A DNA stretch of 47,802 nucleotides from positions 1-47,802 of the forward strand of contig CAXGSM010000011.1 of the NCBI GenBank assembly GCA_964012435.1, written 5' to 3'. The DNA is from an uncultured bacterium. Its GTDB lineage: Bacteria; UBP7; UBA6624. Below are positions 18,539 through 27,271 of this stretch, piece by piece. The first letter of the stretch is position 1. Every line of letters starts with the position of its first letter. The notes below the pieces were generated by a model, which did no database searches, was not told where the DNA came from, and saw only the letters and a list, made by a program, of their open reading frames with translations. The translations under genes and the position numbers were made by a program.

Positions 18539-18611
18539 CACGCCCGGTAGGACTTGAACCTACAACCTTCGGCTCCGCAAGCCGACGCTCTGCCAGTTGA
18601 GCTACGAGCGC
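18539..18611 (-). tRNA. tRNA-Arg (anticodon GCG)
   Basis: GCGCTCG TA GCTC AACTGGCA GAGC G TCGGC TT GCG GA GCCGA AGGTT GTAGG TTCAAGT CCTAC CGGGCGT G. Confidence 0.92.
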
Positions 18612-18622
18612 AAAGAAGCATT

Positions 18623-19315
18623 TTAACCCTTAAACTTCTCCCATGATTCTGGCAGTGCTTTTTGGTTTTTGGGCAAAAGTTCATCAATGCTTTTGACAAT
18701 TTTTTCTGTAAATACTTTAGCAGTTTGGGAGTTTAACTTTCCATTGAAGAACTCTTCACTATCCAACGGGTCACCAAAAATTATATCTATATGACATCTT
18801 TTGGGTAGCTTGCTTCCTTTTGGGAAGGCGTTATGCGAACCAACGATACCAACCGGTACAACCAAAGCTTTTGACCTATGCGCTATGGTTGCTGCTCCTG
18901 TTTTGGCCCAATGAGGTTTAAAAATACCATCAGTGCTTCTGGTGCCTTCAACAAACAAACAAATATCCCATCCCCCCAACACAACATCAATTGCAATCTT
19001 AATTACACTTATTCCTGCCATTTTTCCAGTTTTGTAAACAGGAACCTGGCCCCAAGATTTCATACCTACACCCAATAAACCCTTGAACAACGATGATTTC
19101 GCCAAAAATCTTACAGGCCTACTTCTAGAACTAACTATTAGCGGGGGGTCAAAGTGACTTGTATGATTTGCAACAAATATGATTGGCTTAGCATTTTTGA
19201 ATTTGTCTTTTTTTGTGAACCTGAATGAGTTACAGCAAAACAAAACAAACCTACATGTAATAACAGCAAGCCAATATGAAGGGATGATAAAAGGGTATTT
19301 TTTAACTTTACTCAT
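18623..19315 (-). CDS. plsC: 1-acyl-sn-glycerol-3-phosphate acyltransferase
   Basis: NHTSHFD (HX4D), FLAK, FVEGTRS. Confidence 0.88.
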   Translation of the reverse strand: MSKVKKYPFIIPSYWLAVITCRFVLFCCNSFRFTKKDKFKNAKPIIFVANHTSHFDPPLIVSSRSRPVRFLAKSSLFKGLLGVGMKSWGQVPVYKTGKMAGISVIKIAIDVVLGGWDICLFVEGTRSTDGIFKPHWAKTGAATIAHRSKALVVPVGIVGSHNAFPKGSKLPKRCHIDIIFGDPLDSEEFFNGKLNSQTAKVFTEKIVKSIDELLPKNQKALPESWEKFKG

Positions 19316-19965
19316 GATATATGCTCTAATATTAACGCAATAACCCCTTCAAGGTCTAAAGTAGTTGAGTCAATAATCAATGCTCCAGGCGGAATGACAA
19401 GGGGGCTATTTTTTCTATCCCTATCTGACCTGTCTCTTTTCAATATGTCGTTACCAGCGCCATCACGTTCTTGATTTCTTCGCAATACCCTCTCTTCAAC
19501 AGATGCATCCAGGTAAATTTTCCATCTGGCATCAGGGAAAACCACAGATCCAATATCCCTACCTTCAATAATAATTACATCAAAATCTTTTACCCATGAT
19601 TCCTTGATGAAGGAAGAAAGAAAACCACTTACTATCATTCGATTTTCTTTCTTTTTTGCAATCTGACTACTTACTTGGTCTATTGATTTTGTATAAAAAA
19701 TTTCAGTAATATCTTGATTTTTTGAATTTTTAATAGTGCATCCATTCTGAAACTCAAAACCCAAACATTTGACAGCAGATGTAAAGTCGTTTGCATTGTG
19801 AATGGTTTCAGCTAACTCCAAATCTTCACTAAGGATAAAAGCCAAAACTCGATACACCAAACCACTACTTATAGATGCACCTTTAATTTTTTCAGCCAGG
19901 TGTTTGGTGACTGTGGTTTTACCGGATCCAGCAGGTCCATCTATGGAAAGTATTTGGCTGCTCAA
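19312..19965 (-). CDS. cmk: Cytidylate kinase
   Basis: IDGPAGSGKTT, SG..YR, EGRDIGSVVFPDA, RD..D..R..SPL; likely TTG start overlapping the upstream TGA. Confidence 0.9.
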   Translation of the reverse strand: MSSQILSIDGPAGSGKTTVTKHLAEKIKGASISSGLVYRVLAFILSEDLELAETIHNANDFTSAVKCLGFEFQNGCTIKNSKNQDITEIFYTKSIDQVSSQIAKKKENRMIVSGFLSSFIKESWVKDFDVIIIEGRDIGSVVFPDARWKIYLDASVEERVLRRNQERDGAGNDILKRDRSDRDRKNSPLVIPPGALIIDSTTLDLEGVIALILEHIS

Positions 19966-20846
19966 CGATTCAACCAATCCTTTTGCGGATAGCCTGACGA
20001 CCAATGAGTAGCCATACCGTTTTTTATTTTTATAACTATCGGTAAGCGAGGCATAATCTCATCTTTTTCACAAAAAGAAAAACAAAAAGATCCGATAATG
20101 CTCCTTAACGCATCCGGTTTTATACTACCCCCCCATACGGACTTGTTCTTTTTGAGAAAATCAGCATTAACACCTACATTCAACTCCATAAAGATAACAT
20201 TGGGTATAACTGTAAATTCTTTTTTTGGATTCCTGTAAGGGTGTTCAATAAAAATCCAACCATCTTGAAGTGAGGAAATAGGGCTCTTTATTTTTTGAGT
20301 CTCGGTTAGCCAGTTTGATTCTAGGATTCGATATTCCTCCTCTCTCAAATTTTCAATAGATTGTTCAACAGACAGCTCTTCACTAAAGCTAGCTTCAGAA
20401 TCCGTCCACAACACAAAACCACCATCGCTAAAATCCTCTTCAGGGTATTCAATAAAGTCCACCTGAATTTCTTCATCAACAAAATTGACCAAAAACAACT
20501 TCAAATCATCAAGTGATTGGTAGTTTTCCGGTAATGCAATTTTTATTTTATACAAATCAGAATAAACAAGAAAAAAATCCAACATTGCAACTGCTTCTTC
20601 GAAGCTACCAGTGTCAAAATCAAGCATTCTTGATTCAGGAAAGATATGAAGCTCATAGAAGTTTTCAGAAAGTGTTAAGTCGTTTTGAACAGTGCTCAAA
20701 CGAGCTCCGCTTCTGCTTTGTGGCACTGACAAATAAACAAATAACACAGTCAAAATAAGAACAAGTTTACCTGTTGGCCCGTCGTAAAACCCAGCAAAGA
20801 TGTTAAACCTCCGGTTTTGATTGGATTCTGGTTTTTTGTCAAGCAT
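19962..20846 (-). CDS. Hypothetical membrane-anchored acidic protein
   Basis: Single N-terminal TM; overlaps yidC and cmk. Confidence 0.65.
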   Translation of the reverse strand: MLDKKPESNQNRRFNIFAGFYDGPTGKLVLILTVLFVYLSVPQSRSGARLSTVQNDLTLSENFYELHIFPESRMLDFDTGSFEEAVAMLDFFLVYSDLYKIKIALPENYQSLDDLKLFLVNFVDEEIQVDFIEYPEEDFSDGGFVLWTDSEASFSEELSVEQSIENLREEEYRILESNWLTETQKIKSPISSLQDGWIFIEHPYRNPKKEFTVIPNVIFMELNVGVNADFLKKNKSVWGGSIKPDALRSIIGSFCFSFCEKDEIMPRLPIVIKIKNGMATHWSSGYPQKDWLNR

Positions 20847-21588
20847 TTTCTGCGTCTAATTTTTTATAAATCATTTTAGTTTGAAGAATGCTTACAACAT
20901 TAAAAACAATGAAATAAAAAATTAAACCAGCAGGGAAGAATAATCCCCAAATTAAAATCATAAATGTAAATATTTTTGGATTAAAAGGCTGAGGCATGGC
21001 GTCCTCACCTTCTTTCTTCGCCGGCATCATTTGGTTTTGATACAGAATTGTTGTTCCGAGATAGAAGGACAAAAGTATTAAAGCTGGCCAGTAAAAGCTA
21101 ATAAATGTTGGATCATTTCCCCATGGCGACGGTAATGCTGTTGAGCCCCCCAATCTCTGTGCTTCTGAAAGAGAGATAACTGTCGAGACAGGGGTTGCAC
21201 CCAGGTTTACACCGAATAAATTCTCAGTAAGAAAAACCCCATTGTTTATTGAATGATCCCTTAACATTCTGAACAATGCGATAATAATTGGAAACTGAAT
21301 AAACATCGGTAAGCACCCAGCCAAAGGGTTCGTTTTATATTTTTTATATAAATCCATTGTTTTTTGCTGGTACTCCTGCGGTTTTTTGTTTTTGAGGTGA
21401 TCTAGTTTTTTTAATTCTGGTGCCATTTTTTGCATTAGCCTCTGGTTGCGCATTTGTTGCATCGTCAACGGATAAAGGGCTGTTTTTACAATAATCGTTA
21501 AAATGATCAAATCAAACCCATAGGCATTTGTAAAAGAGTGCAGTATTTCGATCAACGCAAAAAAGGCTTTAGCCAATGATTCTGTCAT
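20839..21588 (-). CDS. yidC: Membrane protein insertase YidC/Oxa1 (short form)
   Basis: LTIIVK..LYPL, NPLAGCLP..IQFPI, FPAGL..Y; rpmH-rnpA-yidD context. Confidence 0.92.
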   Translation of the reverse strand: MTESLAKAFFALIEILHSFTNAYGFDLIILTIIVKTALYPLTMQQMRNQRLMQKMAPELKKLDHLKNKKPQEYQQKTMDLYKKYKTNPLAGCLPMFIQFPIIIALFRMLRDHSINNGVFLTENLFGVNLGATPVSTVISLSEAQRLGGSTALPSPWGNDPTFISFYWPALILLSFYLGTTILYQNQMMPAKKEGEDAMPQPFNPKIFTFMILIWGLFFPAGLIFYFIVFNVVSILQTKMIYKKLDAENA

Positions 21589-21797
21589 CTTAGAGGATCA
21601 TCCCCACCCTTACATAAAGGGTTACACCTTAACACTCTGGAAAAAGACAACATCAAAGCTTTTAGCGGGGTGTGTTTTTCGAATGCCTGAAGGCAATATT
21701 TTGAACAAGTTGGTTGGAAGCGACACGATGGAGGAAACATTGGACTTATATTTTTTCTATAAAATTTAATTAAATAAATAAAAATTTTATTTAGCAT
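21585..21797 (-). CDS. yidD: Membrane protein insertion efficiency factor YidD
   Basis: ISP..PPSCRFQPTCS.Y...RCNP...GG.DP. Confidence 0.93.
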   Translation of the reverse strand: MLNKIFIYLIKFYRKNISPMFPPSCRFQPTCSKYCLQAFEKHTPLKALMLSFSRVLRCNPLCKGGDDPLR

Positions 21798-22119
21798 CCC
21801 ATTGCCTCCATGCAGATTTTAAAACCTCCGGCAATAATTCTTCAGGATTTCTATGGAAGCGTAATATTCTTGCCCCAGCTGTAAGGCGATTTACATTTTT
21901 TAAAAACGATGCTCTTACCTGCCTTTTGATTCTGTTTCTGACCACAGCATTGCCACATTTTTTTGTTAGGACAATACCGATTTTTGGTATTCTTGTTTCT
22001 AGTTTCAAAAAAGAAAAATCCACATTACTCTTTAGCTTGATAGTTTTTCTGCGAGTTTTTCTAGGATTAAAGTATGCCCATCCCCTAAGGCTATGGTTCC
22101 ACAAAGAGCTTTTCGACAA
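21787..22119 (-). CDS. rnpA: Ribonuclease P protein component
   Basis: GIVLTKKCGNAVVRNRIKR (RNR motif). Confidence 0.88.
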   Translation of the reverse strand: MSKSSLWNHSLRGWAYFNPRKTRRKTIKLKSNVDFSFLKLETRIPKIGIVLTKKCGNAVVRNRIKRQVRASFLKNVNRLTAGARILRFHRNPEELLPEVLKSAWRQWDAK

Positions 22120-22120
22120 T

Positions 22121-22261
22121 TTAATGAGTTAGTCTGGCTCTGCCCTTGCGCCTTCTTGCCCTAACAACAGCTCTTCCACCTGGGCGCAGCATTCTCTTTC
22201 TGAATCCATGTACACGCTTTCTGTGCCTTTTTTTAGGCTGATATGTTCTAAATGTACTCAT
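22121..22261 (-). CDS. rpmH: 50S ribosomal protein L34
   Basis: Below the ORF-track cutoff; translated by hand: [46 protein letters not shown]. Confidence 0.95.
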   Translation of the reverse strand: MSTFRTYQPKKRHRKRVHGFRKRMLRPGGRAVVRARRRKGRARLTH

Positions 22262-22285
22262 TACGTAATGAGCAATTCTAACAGA

Positions 22286-23461
22286 TTAATTTAAACTCCT
22301 CTGAAAAATCAAACCTGTGCCATTACCACCACCCAAACACAGTGCAGCAAACCCCATTCCATTTGCCGAGTTTTCTAGCTGATACGGTAGGGATACAGCG
22401 ATCCTCCCACCTGAACAGCCAATCGGATGCCCAAGGGCAACAGCACCACCTAAAGGATTTAATTTATTTTCTTTGATTTTTAACTCCTGTTGTAAAGCGA
22501 CCATTTGACACGAAAATGCTTCGTTTATTTCAATAACATCGAAATCTGACACATTTAAGCCAAGTTTGAGTTTCATCTTTTCAAAAACAGAAATAGGGCT
22601 CATTAAAACCTGCTCAGGCTTTACCCCCCCATCAATAGAGTCTCTAATCCAACATAACGGATTTAAACCTTTCTCCTCCACGGTTTTTTGAGATGCTAGG
22701 ATCACAGCTGCTCCACCATCATTTATTGACGATGAGTTTCCAGCAGTGACCGATCCATCCTTTTTAAAAACGGCTTTCAGGGATTCAAGTTTTTCAATGG
22801 ATGTATCACGAGGCCCCTCATCCTCTTTTATTGTTTTTTTCTTCGTTTCCACTTGGCTAATTTCCTGATTAAGTGCATCTCTGCTAGACAATGATTTTTT
22901 ATGACTTTTTAATGCATATTCATCCATTGCAGATCTTGAAATTTTATATTTTTCAGCAACCCACTCAGCAGCTTCTCCCATGTGTTTTTTGCTATATGCA
23001 TCTGTTAATCCATCAACAAGCATCCCGTCTTCAAGAAACATATTTCCATATCCAACACCCCAACGACTTTTTTGTGAATAATAAGGAGCCCTTGACATTG
23101 ACTCCATACCACCTGCTATTGCATAATCATGTTCACCTGCCCTGATTGATTGAGCCGCTGTATGTATAGCCTTGAGCCCACTGCCACAAACCATATTTAG
23201 AGTAAAAGCAATACTGCTTTCTTGTAATCCGGCGCCAAGCGCCACCTGCCGTGCTGGGTTTTGCCCACAGCCAGCTTGTAAAACTTGGCCAAAAACCGAT
23301 AACGATATCTCCCGTGAATCAATGCCGGATTGAATAATTGCTGCCTTAGCAGCTATGGAGCCCAATTCAGTTGCTGCAAAAGAAGCTAACCCTCCACCAA
23401 ACTTACCTACAGGCGTTCTTTTCGCACCAATAATTGCAACCGGTTCATTTAATTTATTCAT
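22286..23461 (-). CDS. Acetyl-CoA acetyltransferase (thiolase, AtoB/PhaA-like)
   Basis: GQNPARQ, NMVCGSG, GGMESMS, NEAF, GHPIG, LCLGGG. Confidence 0.93.
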   Translation of the reverse strand: MNKLNEPVAIIGAKRTPVGKFGGGLASFAATELGSIAAKAAIIQSGIDSREISLSVFGQVLQAGCGQNPARQVALGAGLQESSIAFTLNMVCGSGLKAIHTAAQSIRAGEHDYAIAGGMESMSRAPYYSQKSRWGVGYGNMFLEDGMLVDGLTDAYSKKHMGEAAEWVAEKYKISRSAMDEYALKSHKKSLSSRDALNQEISQVETKKKTIKEDEGPRDTSIEKLESLKAVFKKDGSVTAGNSSSINDGGAAVILASQKTVEEKGLNPLCWIRDSIDGGVKPEQVLMSPISVFEKMKLKLGLNVSDFDVIEINEAFSCQMVALQQELKIKENKLNPLGGAVALGHPIGCSGGRIAVSLPYQLENSANGMGFAALCLGGGNGTGLIFQRSLN

Positions 23462-23463
23462 AA

Positions 23464-24822
23464 TTATTTCTTACACCCCAATGCATATATGATTTCCAAA
23501 ACTTCATTTTCATCAATTTCAATATCAGTTAATATTTTTCTATATTTCTGAATAGCTTTTGAAGCTACTTTGTTTTCTGCCATTTTTTCACGTTTTTCTT
23601 TTATTGTTTTGAGTATTTTTATCTTCATATCGCTATTAACTTCTACACCTTTGTCCGATATCTCTTTTGCATATTTTTTTAATAAATCTTCAATTAGGGC
23701 CATGCCTGTATGTTTTCCATAAACAAACCTTGTCTTTACATTAAGCAAATCATGCGGTATGGGTTCGTATGTTTGTGGATCTTTCAGCATCCCGTGTGTA
23801 TGGATTCCAGACTCATGAGCAAAAACATTCCTTCCTACAGCTGGCTCGTTAGGCCTGATTGGCATTCCAGAATACGATTCCACCAATTCTGAAAGCTCTT
23901 TCAATTTGTCATAGCGAAAATTTGGAATTTCAATACCGTATAGCACCTTTAAGGTCACGGCCACATTGTGCAATGCTGCGTTCCCAGCCCTTTCGCCTAT
24001 TCCATTCACGGACACGCTAAAGCCCTCCATGCCTTCCTGCAAAGCCACTATGGTGTTGATTGCTGCCAAATCAAAATCATTATGAAAATGGCTAACCATT
24101 GCAAGTTTAGGAAATGCTCTTCTTAATTCTTTAGCATAGTATCTTGTTGACTCTGGTGTTAGTGAACCTGTTGTATCTGGGAATATATACCTATTCGCCC
24201 CTCTGGAAACAGATCGATCTATAAGTTCCTTTAGGTAAGAGATGTCTGATCTGCTTGCGTCTTCTGTACCAAGTTCTATTTTTTTTACGCCATATGATTT
24301 AATGTATGAGCAGATTTCTTCCATCATCTTGCAATTGGCCTCTCTATACCACCTTATATCCTCGATGACCTTGGTTTCACCCTCTCTCTTAAGAAGGGTT
24401 GGGCCTAATTTGACCTTGATATGTAGGTCACTTGCTGAGGTGAAAGTCAAAAAGGTTATTTCAGAAGGTCTCGCACCCACTTTTTCTAATGTTTTTAGCG
24501 TTGCGTCAACATCATTTTTATTAGCCCTACACATGACCAATATTTCAAGGTCTTCTCTTATTTCACCATTTCTTTTTCCAGCAATGATTTTTTGCAATGC
24601 TTGTCTTTCTGATTCAGCCACAAATGGAAAACCTATATCGATAATATGTACTCCTGTATCAGAAAGCATTTTCGTTACTTGGTATTTTTGTTCTGGAGAG
24701 TATGCTACACCAGGTGTTTGCTCACCATCCCTCAGAGTCGTATCATAGACTTTTATTGTTTTTGGATCTGGAAAACTATTTTTTTCAGTATATTTTCTTG
24801 GATCAATATAAAGATTACTCAT
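23464..24822 (-). CDS. DRE-TIM metallolyase: isopropylmalate/homocitrate/citramalate synthase family, no regulatory domain
   Basis: DTTLRDGEQTPG, HFHND, NGIGERAGNA, FAHESGIH, TYEP, GKHTG. Confidence 0.88.
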   Translation of the reverse strand: MSNLYIDPRKYTEKNSFPDPKTIKVYDTTLRDGEQTPGVAYSPEQKYQVTKMLSDTGVHIIDIGFPFVAESERQALQKIIAGKRNGEIREDLEILVMCRANKNDVDATLKTLEKVGARPSEITFLTFTSASDLHIKVKLGPTLLKREGETKVIEDIRWYREANCKMMEEICSYIKSYGVKKIELGTEDASRSDISYLKELIDRSVSRGANRYIFPDTTGSLTPESTRYYAKELRRAFPKLAMVSHFHNDFDLAAINTIVALQEGMEGFSVSVNGIGERAGNAALHNVAVTLKVLYGIEIPNFRYDKLKELSELVESYSGMPIRPNEPAVGRNVFAHESGIHTHGMLKDPQTYEPIPHDLLNVKTRFVYGKHTGMALIEDLLKKYAKEISDKGVEVNSDMKIKILKTIKEKREKMAENKVASKAIQKYRKILTDIEIDENEVLEIIYALGCKK

Positions 24823-25663
24823 GACTTAAATCCTCCCAAAATTTTTGAGCTTCCGACTCAGGTGGAAGGCTTTTATCTGTTGATTTAAAAATATTTTCAT
24901 TATCGATTTCCGAATACATTTTATCAATCATTTTGCTCCAGTCATCTACAGGGAATTTTTTTATAGCCTTGTAACCACCCCGCAATGCCAAAGGGCTTAT
25001 TTTTTCAGAGAAGCCTTTTGGGCCAAGGTTGGCTAATGTTTCAAAAATATACCCTGCTTCTCTTGTACATTCTTCCCATGCAAGCTCTTTTGTTATTCCA
25101 GATTTTATAAGTTTTTTATAGGTTAGCAAGGCTATCAAGGGGGCCCATCCGCATAATAAAACCTGTTCACTTAAAAGATCTGATTTTGTTTCTTCAAGAG
25201 GGGTGACTTCTATTATTTTTTTTGGTTTAAAAATTTTATTCAATTCAGCTAAAGGTTTAATTTTTGAATTTGTTTTTTGATGAAAGTTGAAAGCAATAAG
25301 GCATTTTTTTGACTCAAGCTTTGACGCAATTGCTTTTGGAGCATACATCAAAACATTGCTTTTTTTCGGCCATGTTCGATTAATGATTGGCCAACCTGTC
25401 AGGCATACGAAGAACACTTTATTGGAATTTAATGATGATATCCATTTTTGCTTTGTTGTTACAAGGTCAGGATAGCACAAAAATACAATAATTGGTTTTG
25501 ACCCTTCCAGTTGATCTATTGTCAAGCCGTCATAGCCAAGCTGCTTGATTTTGTCTGCATTGTTATTGGTTTTTACAACCTTGAATGCAATTTGTTTATT
25601 TTTTAAAATTTCAGCAATAGCGATACCCATTGAGCCTAGTCCGCAAATTGCGTATTGCAACAA
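24815..25663 (-). CDS. ilvC: Divergent ketol-acid reductoisomerase
   Basis: GLGSMG Rossmann motif, MYAPK, EETKSDLLSEQ.LLCG, AWEEC..E; the acidic metal ligands appear retained. Confidence 0.65.
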   Translation of the reverse strand: MLQYAICGLGSMGIAIAEILKNKQIAFKVVKTNNNADKIKQLGYDGLTIDQLEGSKPIIVFLCYPDLVTTKQKWISSLNSNKVFFVCLTGWPIINRTWPKKSNVLMYAPKAIASKLESKKCLIAFNFHQKTNSKIKPLAELNKIFKPKKIIEVTPLEETKSDLLSEQVLLCGWAPLIALLTYKKLIKSGITKELAWEECTREAGYIFETLANLGPKGFSEKISPLALRGGYKAIKKFPVDDWSKMIDKMYSEIDNENIFKSTDKSLPPESEAQKFWEDLSHE

Positions 25664-25666
25664 AAA

Positions 25667-25888
25667 CTAATGACCCTCGCTATGCCCATGGTCGTCATGC
25701 CCATGGTCGTCATGCCCATGGTCGTCATGCCCATGGTCGTCATGCCCATGGTCGTCATAAGAGGCTTGCTTGATTGGGATATCAGGACCCCTGGTTCCAC
25801 TGATGCCTGCAGAAACTGCTCTGACAACAAAAAAGACTACAAATAAACCAACTATTAATTGAAAAGTTTGTAATTCATATTTTTTCAT
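25667..25888 (-). CDS. Small membrane-anchored His-rich protein, (DDHGH)5
   Basis: GGAGG upstream of ATG 25888; one TM segment, then the DDHGH repeats. Confidence 0.7.
   Translation of the reverse strand: MKKYELQTFQLIVGLFVVFFVVRAVSAGISGTRGPDIPIKQASYDDHGHDDHGHDDHGHDDHGHDDHGHSEGH
25682..25756. repeat. Perfect tandem repeat, 5 x 15 bp (ATGCCCATGGTCGTC)
   Basis: Read directly; encodes DDHGH on the minus strand. Confidence 0.97.
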
Positions 25889-26666
25889 TTTTTTCCTCCA
25901 AAAAAGCATTGATCGCTTGAATCCATGGACTCAAATCCCAATTACTTACAGAATCATTAATCATATCTTTTAACAGCGTTAAGGAAATGAATTTTTGACT
26001 TATTGCCCATGAATCTGTTTGTGGCGTGAGGTCTTCACTAATCTCCTCGTCCTCACAAATAAAACTCATCCTTCCATCCTGATGATCTATTTTTTTCATC
26101 CTGTCCACATAACCCCTCCTTCCTAAGGATGTGATCACGGCTCCCCTGATTTTTTTTATTGGCTGGTTAGGGACATTTACATTTATAAAATGTCTTTTTG
26201 GAGGGGGGTTGGTGACGATTAGATCTTTAATCAAGTTAAGTATTAAGCCAGCTGATTCGAAATGCATCTTTTCTTTTTTCTTATAATTTTTTTCAACAGA
26301 AATGGCAACGGAGGGTATGCCTAAAAGTGTTCCTTTTCGGGCCCCTGCTATGGTCCCAGAATACAAAACGTCAATACCTAAATTCGGACCAGTATTAATA
26401 CCGCTAATGAGCCCAGAAACTGAACCCTTGGTTATTGTTTTTGCAAGCAAGACGCAATCTGCTGTTTTTCCATCACAGGCAAAAACCTCATGATTGCTAA
26501 TTGTTTTTCTTTCTACATTGATTGGTCGATCTATTGTTATGCACATAGAACAGCCTGAAACATCTACAGACGGCACCACTGCTAGAATTTTTTTACCAGA
26601 TAAAGCATTTAGTGTTGTTTTCAACGCAGGAGAGTGAATGCCATCATCATTGGTCAGAATTATCAT
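25875..26666 (-). CDS. surE: 5'/3'-nucleotidase SurE
   Basis: LTNDDG, G.TADC, SGIN.G.NLG....SGT.AGA. Confidence 0.92.
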   Translation of the reverse strand: MIILTNDDGIHSPALKTTLNALSGKKILAVVPSVDVSGCSMCITIDRPINVERKTISNHEVFACDGKTADCVLLAKTITKGSVSGLISGINTGPNLGIDVLYSGTIAGARKGTLLGIPSVAISVEKNYKKKEKMHFESAGLILNLIKDLIVTNPPPKRHFINVNVPNQPIKKIRGAVITSLGRRGYVDRMKKIDHQDGRMSFICEDEEISEDLTPQTDSWAISQKFISLTLLKDMINDSVSNWDLSPWIQAINAFLEEKNEKI

Positions 26667-27271
26667 CTTTGTAATTCCTGATATCTTAAACATATTGCCT
26701 CAGCAGTCTTCGCAATCGTTTCTGTCATCATCCCTTCATTAAGCTCCAGGCTGCTTAAGATTATTTTTTTTTCAAGCAGTTGTGGAAATTCGTCAACAAC
26801 TGCAGAATTTTGAAGACTATTAATTACTGGATCGAAAAAACCACCTTCCGGAAAAAAAGATTTCGCAAAATTCTCATTAAAGCCAATTGTGATTATTTGA
26901 TTTGGACTTGGAGAAAATGATGCGATTGTGTTGTTTTCTGAAGATCCGATTAAATGTAAATCCACCTCTCCTGAAACATCCTGTACGAAAACACCTCCCC
27001 CAATTGCAGACAAGGCTAAGAAATTTTTTTCTTTAATCTTTTGAATTAATATTTTTGTTCGAAAAGATCGTTTGAAAAAAATTATATTTTCAGAATCTTC
27101 AATATTTGATGCAAGAACAACATCAACTTTTTCTCCAGCTTCATAAAGTGATTGATACACTGAATCAACAAAGGCGTTTTCCGTTATCCTTTTTTCCGGA
27201 CAGCTAAAGGACCCCAGGGAACAAATGCTCCAGCCAAAAAGGCATACGGTCAGTAATATTTTTTTAAACAT
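26663..27271 (-). CDS. Hypothetical exported protein
   Basis: Signal-peptide-like N-terminus; coupled to prfB and surE. Confidence 0.6.
   Translation of the reverse strand: MFKKILLTVCLFGWSICSLGSFSCPEKRITENAFVDSVYQSLYEAGEKVDVVLASNIEDSENIIFFKRSFRTKILIQKIKEKNFLALSAIGGGVFVQDVSGEVDLHLIGSSENNTIASFSPSPNQIITIGFNENFAKSFFPEGGFFDPVINSLQNSAVVDEFPQLLEKKIILSSLELNEGMMTETIAKTAEAICLRYQELQR

Noticed and set aside
18450..18611. Arg codon reassignment suggested by A20-less tRNAs
   Set aside because: AGG, CGC and CGG all occur at conserved Arg positions (ppdK LQCRTGKR, gyrB QARD, thiolase NPARQ).
25682..25756. CRISPR array, or the plus-strand (MPMVV)n and alternative-frame (TTMGM)n ORFs
   Set aside because: No spacers and no cas genes; the DDHGH frame has an RBS, a TM segment and operon context.
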